Assembly: GCF_006345805.1 (NCBI RefSeq)
Contig: NC_043012.1
Span: 43,400,001-43,464,000 of the forward strand
DNA length: 64,000 nt
Reading direction: 5' to 3'
Origin: Octopus sinensis
Taxonomy: Eukaryota
Made by a program: the position numbers and the translations under genes. The notes beneath the pieces are model-generated. The model saw only the letters and a program-made list of their open reading frames with translations. It ran no database searches and was not told the DNA's origin. Positions 52,095-64,000 of this stretch are shown here, piece after piece (position 1 is the stretch's first letter; the number at the start of each line of letters is the position of its first letter).

Positions 52095-53363
52095 GAGACG
52101 AACTGTCGAGATGTTGTTAATCCCTTTATATCATGAAGTCCTCTACATACATTTCGACGAGTGCACTCCAAAATGTCTGGCAGGATAAATAATGGTCAGT
52201 AGTGCACCACTCTCTTCAGGAGGTTTATGATAACAAGCTCTTAAAAAAATTGTTAACCGAAAAAGAAAGTCCTACAAAATGTAACGCATATATATTTATA
52301 TGGACACAGGCGTCCACACTCAGACATGTGACGTGTAAATATAAACATTATATTCATACAAAAATACAAACGTATACAAACACATACATTCACACTCATC
52401 AAAATACAAACACTTATACATATACATTTATACATACATATATATTAATATATATGAATATAAGATATATATACATATACATATACACACATACATGCAT
52501 TCATATTCTGAGATATATTCACACACATATGCATATATATCTCTACACATATACTTGTACATATTCATGCGGTAACGACTTTGAATCAAATTTATATGAG
52601 ATATACGCTAACGTTCACGTATTAATACTCATAAACAAACTATCACTGATATACTCAAGAGTATACGCATCCCAAAACATCAATAGACCCCAACACATAA
52701 TTGTATACACATACACACATTTACTTAAGCACATCAAGATTACGTTCATTCACAAAATATTTACATACGAACAATGGACGCCTGGAATTTAGAATGACAT
52801 TGTCAGAACAAACTCGACTTTGTGAGAGAATGAAGTGAAGTATAGAAAGATCGGGAGGGGGAAGGAGAGGAAGGGAAAGCCTGAAGAAAGAGAAAAAGAA
52901 ACAAGAGAAACTTTGGATAAATTATTATTAGGTAATGGAAAGAATTTGATTGAAAGAGCTAAAAGAAATGCGGAACCAGATATCTAAACTTACTATAACT
53001 CTCATAAGCATGTTTTACAGTACTTTAACGTTCATGCACATATTGGAGAGAATGCACCTCCCAAAACATTGACGAACATTAACACACTACAATACACCCA
53101 TACTCACACTTATAAGCACATATACAATTGTGCACACTGATAAACAAGAAAAAAGTTAATAAAAATTAGACATTAAGAAAAATAAGACTGAGGGATATGG
53201 TAAAGAAGTTTGCATTAAATATTACTAGGTTTCGGGTGGATATTATTTCAAATTACTGAACGTGTACTTTGTCCAATGGATGCATTTGAAAATTTTTAGG
53301 TACCTTGTAATTGTTCCCTTGGATTTCTCCTATAACTTTTACTCCATATATATATATATATAT

Positions 53364-53519
53364 ACCGGAGTAAACACATAAATGTGAAACAAGGTGGAAA
53401 AAAGAGTACTCAAATACCAGTGGTAGAGTAATATGCTTTATTTAAAGCAGCAGAAAATTCTACAAAACCTGTTACTCTCAGTAACAGGTTTTGTTGAATT
53501 TTCTGCTGCTTTAAATAAA

Positions 53520-53520
<1 letters not shown>
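53364..53520. repeat. Inverted PLE pseudo-LTR ending in a 41-bp fold-back
   Basis: Arms 53436-53476 / 53480-53520, 1 mismatch, loop CTC. Confidence 0.88.
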
Positions 53521-53590
<70 letters not shown>

Positions 53591-53718
53591 TTTATCATTA
53601 TTAAAGTGGCAAAAACATCACAACAATATCACAATAAACTGCTTCTCAAAGTTTCACGTTCACATTCGTCAAACGAACGGGAACGGGAACGGGAAACTCT
53701 GAACTCTGGCTAGAAATT

Positions 53719-54600
53719 GTGAAAAATAAAACCCAAATCCTTCATTCATACTATGCAAAACCTATGGCCTCAAAATACCTGATCCACCGGAACTCAGCCA
53801 TTGCGGGCAATGCCAAATTCAATATTTTGATGGCAGACCTCGTCAGAATAATGAGAAATGTGTCAGGCATGTGCGAGCCTACAGAATTAAAGAGACACAT
53901 ACAGTATTTCATTCACCGCATGCAGTTCTCAGGTTACAGCCATAAAGAAAGGATCAGAGTATACAAAGGGGCCATGAAGAAATTTGATAATATATTATGT
54001 AATGATAGAAAGGACAAAAAAGAAAATAGGGAAGGCCAACTCTTGGTATGATAGCCATAAATAGCAGAGTGTCTTGTTCGTTGATACCACCCCTGGAGGT
54101 GAACTGGCGTACCGCTTTAGATGACCCTAGATAAACTTAAACTAAGAATTAAGGTTGTTGAAAAGCCAGGCAACCCTATCAAATCTATAATTGGTAGAAC
54201 CTATCCTTTTAGTAGAACCCTCTGTACGGATAACTATTGCACTGTATGTAGATTTAGCCCACAAACAAACTGTAAAGCCAGAAATGTAGTCTATAGTATA
54301 AGATGTATAGAGGGACGATGCAGTAACAAGACAGTAACATACATAGGGGAAACAGCAAGAAGCATAGGAGAGCGGGTGAATGACATTGGAGACAACTCAA
54401 GGAAGGTAAAAGCTCATCGATTCTGTACCAACACGCCGAACAGGAACACAGGGGATCAATCAATAACATAGAGATTAAGATATTGTCCACACATAGAACA
54501 GATGCAACAATTAGACAAATTACAGAAGCTACACATATAATAGAAAATAAACCTAGCCTGAATAGAAAACTAGAATGGAGCAATAGCACACACCACAACA
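53719..54600 (+). pseudogene. Penelope-like element RT C-terminus plus GIY-YIG endonuclease
   Basis: YYAKPMAS..RMQFSGYS; KVVEKPG..CTDNYCTVC..NCKARNVVYSIRC..TYIGETARSIGER. Confidence 0.9.
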
Positions 54601-54700
54601 TATGACGATAGAGGATCCCGAAAACATAATAAATACACAGATAAATAAGCAAATAGAAATGAATAACTATATATATGATATATATCTATGTATGTATATG

Positions 54701-54765
<65 letters not shown>

Positions 54766-55352
54766 GTGTATATATGTTTGTATGTGTATATATATATATA
54801 TATTTTTTTTTTTTCGATTAGATTTATTATTATTATTATTATTACTAATATTGTTGTTATACATACATACAAGCATATGTAATGATAATAATGGGTGGAT
54901 GTAAACACATGAACAAAATTAGAACAAAAGCAACAACAACAAAAACAAAATACAAATTACATGAATGTATATAAACAGAAGATACAAATATTACAGGCAT
55001 CCCCCCACACACACACTAAATAAACATAGACGCACATAGAGATATAAGCATGCGCAAATGAAGACATACAATAGAAATACAAAATGGCTGACGGTTAGTA
55101 AGGAGAGACACAAATAAGTGAGAGGAAAACAAAGGACCACCGATGCGGTCACAGGAGTGTGACGAAAGAACTCTGGCCGAAATAAGATTAAGATTAATGT
55201 AAAAAATAAATATTACTGAAGCAAAATAACACCAAATATATAGTGCGTGTGTTTTTATTGGCTAAACTGGCAATATGACCATTCCTAAATATAACAATAT
55301 CTGTTTCAACACACGACTTCACATAAAAAATCTTGCACAATAATATTTAAAC

Positions 55353-55420
<68 letters not shown>

Positions 55421-55744
55421 AATAGCGCCAGAGTGAGAGGTGAAGGCAGAAGAGATGAATGGTAAAGAGAACGTCGTATGAATGAGAAAGGAAGGGGCGA
55501 TAGATGAATAACGAAGGAATGAGTGAAAAAGCCGATAAACGGCGTTTGAAGTGGGAGTATATGTGTGTATGTGAGCTCGTGTACAAGAGAACTATGTGAA
55601 ACTTTACATATACATGTAAAGTAAAGAAAATATCTTTAAAAAATCCAGAATTCTTGTCCGGTACCGGATCGATCCTAAAATATAATCAGTTCGTGCCAGT
55701 CAGGAGGCCAAACATCCTTGGAAGTTTCATCCGAATACATCCCT

Positions 55745-56154
55745 ATTTGATGACTTTTCCGATGGCACGCAAGGGTCGATAAACGGTTGAATGACCAAAT
55801 CCAAGCTTCCCTACTAGTTCCTCAACAGTTATGATAGGATTTTGTTCCACCAAGGTCTGCAGGACGTGCTCATCGAGCTTTTCAGATCTTCCAGGACGAA
55901 GCTCATTTTTCTAAGCTGTAGTATCCGGCTCGGAGTATATGGAACCACTGTTGACACTGGCTTAAGCTTATTGTCCGATCTCCATACACTGCATTAATAT
56001 TCCTCGCACTTTCCGTTGCGTTGTTCCCATTATTGAACTCATAAAGTAAAGTATGCCAAGTATACTCCTTAGTCATTTCCATTTTAGCTCTAAAAAAAGA
56101 ACTATTAAAATCGAACTGCACTCTTCAAAACTTGCACTAAGAATAAGTCCACCG
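55745..56154 (-). mobile_element. mariner 5' fragment (terminus plus HTH region)
   Basis: MEMTKEYTWHTLLYEFNNGNNATESARNINAVYG..QWF; terminus next to TA at 56155-56. Confidence 0.8.
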
Positions 56155-56300
56155 TATAATTACTACCTGCTTTTATAGCAAGTTGATGCAGGGTTTTTAT
56201 CCCATCCTCCTCCGATGTTTAGTTCATGCAATAGAAAAACCGCATTATTTAGGGGATGACCCAGTATACACACACACACACACATACACACACACACACA

Positions 56301-56374
<74 letters not shown>

Positions 56375-56489
56375 CATATATATATATACGTATATATATG
56401 TATGTATACCTATGTATGTGTGTGCCTTTAGAATTCTTAATACGTCCAACTATAAATTGTATGTCGTTTTCCCCCTTCATAATATTGAT

Positions 56490-56640
56490 TTTAAATTTTG
56501 GCACCAGTTTAGCAATTTCAGGGAGGCAGTAAATCGATTACATCGATCCCAGTGCTCAACTTATGTTATTGAACACAAAAAGTTAAAAGGCAAAGTCGAT
56601 CTCGGCGGAATTAGAACTCGGAACAGAGTTTTCCGACCGT
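56490..56640 (-). mobile_element. SINE fragment (MetaSINE-like core)
   Basis: AAAGGCAAAGTCGATCTCGGCGGAATTAGAACTC is revcomp of the family core. Confidence 0.65.
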
Positions 56641-57183
56641 GAAAGCTCTCCTAGCGAGGTAAACAGCCTTGAAAACTTGCCAGAATAGATCCTAGTGAAA
56701 AGCGCGTCACAATACTAAAATCAAAGAGATTAGAGAAGTAGACACAGAAACCAACAAACCATCACACACCTACACACCCCACTCCAACGCAATTATAAAC
56801 ATTTCCAACGCTACGAACACTACCAAAATTAAAAACACCTCAACAAACACAAACACATAGCAACCCAGACCAATAACATGAACAGCACTCCCAAAGCGTC
56901 ACTAATTATACGGACATAGATACAAAAATAAGAACTTAATGAAAAATATTTAAAAATACATGGACAACACTCTAAATGAATACATCGCATCTCCGCATAA
57001 CACCCGTATTGACGTAAAGATTATAAAGCAACGCAGCAAACTGACAACACAGATAAAATATTCCAAAAGAATCGAAGATTTCCTTGGGATTATAAACAAA
57101 AAGGTCTTCAAAGAAATGTTTGTGGAGACACCCACAAATATCAAGAAGGATAGAACATCTATCTCTCTACAGAAATAGAATAA

Positions 57184-58590
57184 ATGATTTTTTCATTCTT
57201 CTCTCAGACAAACACGGCCTTATTAAGAATAGGTAGTATAAATACACGTGACCTTGGGTCGCATTGGAAACAGGGTCATTTACTCAATAACCTTAGGCCA
57301 TTAAATATAGATGTCAGGTCACTAAATATAGATGTCAGTGAAACCAGACTCAATGACCGACAAGCGTTCATCCCCATTTTTGGTAGTAACGAGATTTACT
57401 CATCTCCATGTCAACCGGGAATGTGGGTGAAACTGAGGTGTTATTCCAGAGAAGCCTCCAAAATGAGGACTATCTTCCTGGACCCAGAAGGTAAGTTGGA
57501 GGTCTTGGATGTGAACAGTAGTGACGGGGGTTACTTCAGACTGGTGTCTGTTTATGTTCCGACGTCTGGAGGTTTTTCTGGGAACGTCTCGACATTTAGT
57601 GACAGGAATGTCAACAGGAATGACGCATGTTTGGACTGCGTGGGGCTAGTTCTTAGAAGAGGTGGAGTGAGAAAACCTTACAAACCTACTGAGACTTTTT
57701 CAACTGGTGGCAGACAGTTAGACAGAGTATTGTGTAGGCCGAAGTATTCTGTAGAGTATTCTGTAGATAAAGATAGTATAAGTGGTCCACTTTTTAAAAT
57801 CATCGGTTCCACAGACCACAGATTTATAATCTGCATGGTCGACTTAGACTTCGTAGGCAGGGACCCGGTTACTGGAAAATGAGCGCATCACACCCGGCAT
57901 GTCCGGCTTACATAGACCGGATTAGCGTGTGTTGACGGGGTCAGTCGTCAACAATAAATGGTAGTTTTCTCTAAAAAGGGTAATTAAAGTAGAATCGATT
58001 AGGTTTAGTAACGCATTAGCGATAGAAAGGAATAGAATAGAAAGGAAGTTAGAAACTTAGACGGGGTACTTGGGAAAGGCATCACAACCGACGTGTTGGA
58101 GGCGAGATTGGTCGTGGATTAATTCTTCAACGCTAAGGATGCATTGTCAGAGCTAAGATGCGTGGTCTAAGAAATGCGTGCTTGACTGGCAAAGGTGCAA
58201 CATGGCAGCAAAGCTACAGTTCGGTCCTTGATGTACCCAAATGGGCAAGGTACTCGAGCTGGAGAATATGTGTGCCACATTTCAACAGCACTTCGCCGAA
58301 CTATTAGGGGCGCAGGATGGATGTCAGTGCCTACCTCGACGGCTTGCCACGACTCTCGGCAAGGAGGAGGGCGGAGTGTTGCGAAATGTTGATAACAGCA
58401 ACGGAAATACGGGATGCAATGACGGGCTGTACGGGATGGAAAATCGCCTCGTTTAGATGGTCTGCCCTACGAGCTTTACTTTTATATGCTAAACTTGTCT
58501 GGCGGCCTCTTGGGAGATATCTATTGCAACTGCAGCAGAATAGGAGAGCTCCGTGTTCTGTGAGAAGGACCCAAACCAGGTGAATCAAAT
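57184..58590 (+). pseudogene. Tx1/L1-like LINE ORF2 (APE plus start of RT), decayed
   Basis: LRIGSINTR, VSETR, FLDPEG, RLVSVYVP, LDRVL, TDH; then ITATEIRDAM..LDGLPYELY. Confidence 0.88.
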
Positions 58591-58607
58591 AGAGAATTAT
58601 TATTATG

Positions 58608-58685
<78 letters not shown>

Positions 58686-59227
58686 GAGTGAGAGAGCAGT
58701 GCATGCCATCAAAGTGACACTGGGATAAAATAAGCCCAGTATACCCATCATGACTACCTGTCTGAGAAGGGTACACAAGGCACAAGCATCACAACCATAT
58801 GTGCACGACATGGTGATCTCGTATCAAGATAAACAGCGCATGACCTTGCAGGTGGGGCACAGTTAGAGTTTTCTTCTTGTTGAGTAGCCCATCCCGCTCA
58901 AAAGGTCCCTGAACAAGGATTGTTTAAGGATGTTGAACAAACCACCCATGTTTCCATAGGTGAATTATCCAAACCTCCAAAAATTCCTTTCAACACACAG
59001 CTATGATGCTCCCCCACTACTTCTGCTCATGATCAGAGATACACATATCGTCAGCCACTAAGGGGCATCTCAACTGGTTAAGGTCAAACAACCGATAAGC
59101 AAATCTGAGGTATTGAGCAGAATATTAGCTGTAGCCCATCTTTTATACCAAGACAAAAGAATGTACATGATAACACTCCCAATCAGTTAAGATCAGCAGC
59201 TATGAGAGTCACTGCCTGGTACTGCAT
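58686..59227 (-). mobile_element. ~540-bp non-coding element embedded in (TAA)n (copy B)
   Basis: Revcomp of 14770-15309; (TTA)n at ~58597-58685 and ~59228-59360. Confidence 0.85.
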
Positions 59228-59255
59228 ATTATTGTTGTTATTATTATTATTATTA

Positions 59256-59343
<88 letters not shown>

Positions 59344-59360
59344 CATTATTATTATTATTT

Positions 59361-59680
59361 CCTTTAGGTTCTTCTTTGGTTTGAGCTGTTTTTCTTATGC
59401 TGTTGTTTGTCTTTTCTACTGCCTGGTCTTTCTTTTTCAGTTCTCTTGTGATCTCTTCTACCTCCAATTTTGTCATCCACTTTCTTCTCCTAATAGCGTT
59501 AACTTGATCAACAAATCTCTACTCAGTCACTTTAAACATATCCTTCTCTACTTAAAGTGTCAACATCCGTTTTCTATAGCCCCTTCTTTTAGGTTCACTA
59601 TCCTGTTTTCTTTGCTGGTCCACTTCCTCCTTCTTATTCAATTGTCTGCTGATGCTGTATTAGGATAACAACTGCGGTCA
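59361..59680 (-). pseudogene. R4/Dong-type ORF N-terminal region
   Basis: EPKRRGYRKRM..EKDMFKVTE*RFVDQVNAIRRRKWMTKLEVEEI resembles the conserved Dong/R4 N-terminal domain. Confidence 0.72.
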
Positions 59681-60507
59681 GTCTGCATCTTTACTGAATC
59701 ACTGCCGAGCGAGAGGCCTTCCCTTAATGGTCCACCTTCATTTTAGATATTACAACCAGAGTGCTTTTGAAAATCCTGTTCTTCTCATTAACTGAAGTAA
59801 GGTCACCAACGTCATCACCACTATTAGTTTTCGAAATCTGATAGTTTCAAGCAACTTTCTATTGCACAATTTGCTGCACCTTTGTGCTGGTAGTGTGGTG
59901 TGTGCTGCAATTTTTTGGGTGGGGAGGGATACCGCATCGTGTCAGTAGGTTTGCTATGGGGTTAGGTTTGAGTCTTCTCTTGTATTAGTTTTGTATTGTG
60001 TGTTGTTTGTGCAGCGCAGGTTGTGTTCTTCTATCGCGTATCAGCCTTCTGTGGCACATATGGGCTTTGTTAATTTTGTTTGGTATTTACGGTATGTGTT
60101 TTTCCTGTATGTTTTTGGAGGAGTGCTGTATTGTATTGTTTGTAAAACATAAATCAGCTATTCCATAGTATTTATGGTTATCTGTCTACTGTTCTTTGTC
60201 GGTTTTGTTGTGGGTTCGTTTTTACAGCGTATCCTTTTTTAACTGAACATCGCTCATTGACATGTATTGATGTATCTTTCGTAGTTATAATTATTATTGA
60301 TGTATAAGCGGGAGACCGAGAAGAAAACAGCAATGTGCATACATACAGAGGTCTTGTATAGATATGGATGTATATGTAATTAAAATTTAAGAATTTACTC
60401 GCAGGATTGCAGGTTCTGTACAGAAACATTGCAGTGTTTACATTTTTACGCACATGTTGCTGTCTTCTTAATGTAAACCCTTGCGGTTAACAAAGAAAGC
60501 ATTATTA

Positions 60508-60670
60508 CAACTAGTACTAAGGTGGCGAGCTGGCAGAATCGTTGGTACGCCAGGTAAAATTGTTTCGCGGCATTTCGTTTACCTTTAGATTCTGAGTTCA
60601 AATGCCGCCGGGGTCGAATTTGCCTTTCATCCTTTCGCGTTCGATAAAATAAGTACCAGTTGAACACATG
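60508..60670 (+). mobile_element. tRNA-derived SINE (MetaSINE-like core)
   Basis: TAAGGTGGCGAGCTGGCAGAATCG..GAGTTCAAATGCC..TTGCCTTTCATCCTTTCG..AAAATAAGTACCAG. Confidence 0.8.
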
Positions 60671-61124
60671 CCATCCTTTCGGGTGTGTAAGTGTGTGTGT
60701 GTGTGTATGTATGTGTGTGTGCTTAAACGTTTTCTACCCACTTTCATGCTTCTACACACCCTTAGTGAGTACATATCTGTAAGTGAAAACATGGGCATGT
60801 GTATCATGTGTGTGTATGTGTGTGCGTGTGCGCATGTGCGACCGCGTGCGTGCGTGTACTTTAAACTGTGTAGAGGTGTTTGTATGTGTCCGAAACGGTG
60901 TATGAGTAAACATGCCTGCTAAATTCGCGTGTCTATGAGCGTGAATTGATGCGCGCGTGTGAGAGGGTTATACGTGCAAACACTGACTTTTTGTTCGAAA
61001 TTCACGAGTCTTCTTTTTCTTCTTCTTCTTCTTCTTCTTCTTCTGTCTTTCCCCGTGCATACACACACATACACACGCGCGCGCACACGCACACACACAC
61101 ACATACACACACACACACATTCTT

Positions 61125-61285
61125 TTTATCGTTTTATTTGTTTCAGACATTGGACTGCGGTCACACGGGAGCACCGTCTTGAAGGAATTTAACTGAAAGA
61201 ATCAGTCCCAGTACTTTTCTAAAGCCGAGTACTTACGTTATCGAATCTCCTGTCGAACCGATGTAGGACGGGGACATAAACGAAC
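61125..61285 (-). mobile_element. SINE 3' module
   Basis: ACTGCGGTCACACGGGAGCACCG.. is revcomp of the module at 48870-49072. Confidence 0.65.
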
Positions 61286-62322
61286 CAACATAGGCTACAG
61301 ACACGTGTATACACACCTCGGGGAATACGGGCTATAAATTATTTTGTAAATGATTTTGGATGTCCTCTATGGTTGGTTTTAACCTTTCATTGACTGCTCT
61401 TCCTCTGACGTAAAACTTACTACGAGAGCATTTGCAAAACTAAAGGATAATAAGTAAATATATATTATTAACTTCCTATGCAAAAGGGATTTTGGACCCA
61501 CTATTTTACATGCTATTATTTTTATCATATTATTATTTTATCATATTATTATTTTTTATCATCATTAGTTTTATATGTATTTCGAGATTCATTTCATGAA
61601 AACAAAGAAGTAAATTTATATGTATGTACATAAATGTGTGTGTGTATGTGTGTGTGTGTATGTGTGTGTATGCGTGTGATGTGGTGTGTATGTGCGAAGT
61701 TAATGAAACTGAAATCTATCAATTATAGCAGTGGACGTGCTCTGTATTTTAGTCAATAAAACATGTTCATTGAAACTTTCTTTGAAAGCTTTAGAGGGGA
61801 AGTTATGCAAATGAAAACAATATTAATATAATCATATTGGAAGAAAAAACAAGCGTAATCTTTATTTGAAAGGAATTTAAAATATAATAAAATAAACAAA
61901 TAGCTTCAACATTTATTGATTGACAAATTTACTTTTGTTATGGTTTTCACAAAAATGTCATTGATGATTTGAAGGATAATGAATAAGCGAACAGATTCTA
62001 AAGTGATAAAACTAAATAAGATCATAGCAATGAAGATATATTTACAAATTGATTATGAATGCTTTTACAAATTCCATAAAAATAAACCAATCTATGTTTG
62101 GTGTTCATTTCAATTTTATTGCCGAGTGTTTTCACATTGTGCCTTACACAATCGAACTTTTGATATCATGTGATACAGAGACAATCATTATGAGAATCAT
62201 CAGTTAAATACCTTGTGGTGTTTATTTATTCATGCTCTTTACATTATCAGTTCAAATCCTGCCGAGTTCAACCTCATCTTCTATATTTCTGGTATCGATA
62301 AAAGTTATCCGACTAACACTTC

Positions 62323-62353
<31 letters not shown>

Positions 62354-62354
62354 T

Positions 62355-62395
<41 letters not shown>

Positions 62396-62554
62396 CACAC
62401 ACACACACACTAAAAATTAATATAAAAAGCTAGGCACAATGTAATAAAACGAAGTAAAAATTTAATCGTCATTAAGTGTGACTGAGGGGGCCGAGGCACA
62501 TACATTGCTAGAAATGAATTTAAAAAATTCTTAATGCTGTAAGAAGAGCGCAAT

Positions 62555-62588
<34 letters not shown>

Positions 62589-62934
62589 GTATATATACAC
62601 ACACACTCACAGAAGAGGTGACTGCCCCATGAATGTCTCTAGAATCACTAAACTAGACTACTTCCGCCTATTTTGTAGGCATCATCAGCAGCGACTACTC
62701 AAAGCGTTGATGGTTTTGCTAATTCCATCTGCCAGTCTATATATTATTACCATAAAAAATTATGGTTTATTTAGCGAAATGTTAATGTGTACACTAAAAA
62801 TTGATATAAGCAGCTAGACGCAATGTAATACCATAAAGGAAAAATTTAATCGTTACTAAATGCGACTGAGAGTGCCGAAACACCTACATTGCTTGGAATA
62901 AGAGTTAAAAGCTCTTAACGCAGTAAGGAGAGTG

Positions 62935-62996
<62 letters not shown>

Positions 62997-63006
62997 CTAT
63001 ATATAT

Positions 63007-63077
<71 letters not shown>

Positions 63078-63138
63078 ATATATGTATATATATATATGTA
63101 TACACACACACACACACAGACATGTGTGTGTGTGTGGA

Positions 63139-63431
63139 GGCGCTTGGGCCAATGGTTAGGGCAGCAGACTCGCGGCCGTAGGATCGCGGTTTCGATTCCC
63201 AGACCGGGCGTTGTTAGTGTTTATTGAGCGGAAACACCTAAAGCTCCACGAGACTCCAGCAGGGGGTGGTGGCGATCCTTGCTGTACTATTTCGCCGCAA
63301 CTTTCACTCTTTCTTCTGTTGGCCTGCTCGCCTAGCCAGCGGGGTGACGTCACTTGAAGGCTAAAACAATGCGAAGCGCATTCTTACCAGCGATGTGTAG
63401 CAACAGCTGATAGCCTGGTCGGTCATGTGAT

Positions 63432-63440
<9 letters not shown>
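63139..63440 (+). mobile_element. Full-length tRNA-derived SINE
   Basis: A box GGCCAATGG, B box GTTTCGATTCC, ends GTGATCACGTGA before (TA)n. Confidence 0.82.
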
Positions 63441-63476
<36 letters not shown>

Positions 63477-63524
63477 CACACATAAATACACTGACATATA
63501 TACATTTGGGTACCTACACATGTA

Positions 63525-63696
63525 TTGGATTGGCAAAAAGTTCCCGCCGCTTTTTTTTTAATTTTGGAATATATATTTTTTTTTGTTCTAGTTAATTTTA
63601 GTTAATTTTTGTTTATTTTCAGATCATTAAAATGGAATGTTAAGAAAAACGAGCATTTTCGACACCTCTTTCTTTTCGCTATTAATCAAGGTTTCT
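63525..63696 (+). mobile_element. 5' fragment of the mariner family at 36859
   Basis: TA+TTGGATTGGCAAAAAGTTCCCGCCG, CAGATCATTAAAATGGAATG..HFRHLFLF. Confidence 0.85.
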
Positions 63697-64000
63697 GTCT
63701 ACACTCAAGATGCAATTAAAATAGCAAGACTACATTTTGTTATACAAGATCATTTCACAATACTTTTGCATATGCAACAGGATCGAATCAAACAGTTATG
63801 AATGGATCGAAGATTATAGACAAACATATATGAAGGATCTACAAGTTATTGATCATCAATTATTTACGACGGAACTTTAGAAAATATGGTATAAAAGCAT
63901 AATAGTCAAAATAACAGAGTTTATGTAACGATGCAGATATCTTACGAGGATATAATTTCGCAGCATTGGTTGTTGCTTTTGAAGATACTTTAATGTTTTC

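Noticed and set aside
55159-55190. GTGACGA..GGCCGAAATAAG
   Set aside because: Core position 3 wrong, stem II unpaired, no triplet; at best a relic.
56640-57180. Possible LINE ORF1 remnant, weakly similar to 59700-60130 minus
   Set aside because: Similarity too weak to support by eye; needs a profile search.

Overview
AT-rich, microsatellite-dense animal genomic DNA. The SINE families, (TA)n/(TACA)n/(GATA)n/(TAA)n tracts and LINE/PLE complement look like an octopus (coleoid cephalopod) genome; this is an inference from pattern recognition, not a database result. Most of the window is transposon debris: three full-length but decayed IS630-Tc1-mariner elements with TIRs and TA target duplications (plus a fourth, DD41D-like), R4/Dong-type RLE LINEs tied to (TAA)n tracts (one with an uninterrupted 634-aa RT ORF), Tx1/L1-like and RTE LINE remnants, several Penelope-like (PLE) remnants and many tRNA-derived SINEs. 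One plausible host coding exon lies on the minus strand (33516-33939; long N-terminus, hydrophobic segment, phase-1 GTAAGT donor), which would make much of 1-33515 intronic. The most striking unexplained structure is a dispersed set of hammerhead-ribozyme (HHR)-like motifs from several unrelated repeat families. They include core variants (U4C twice, compensated U3-A8 once), a 249-bp near-perfect fold-back that begins 4 nt after a predicted cleavage site and carries the ribozyme in its loop, a second fold-back whose apex sits on HHR stem III, and a 150-bp TIR-bounded element carrying an HHR core. A non-coding ~540-bp element is found twice, both times embedded in (TAA)n. All ribozyme calls are hand-folded and untested.
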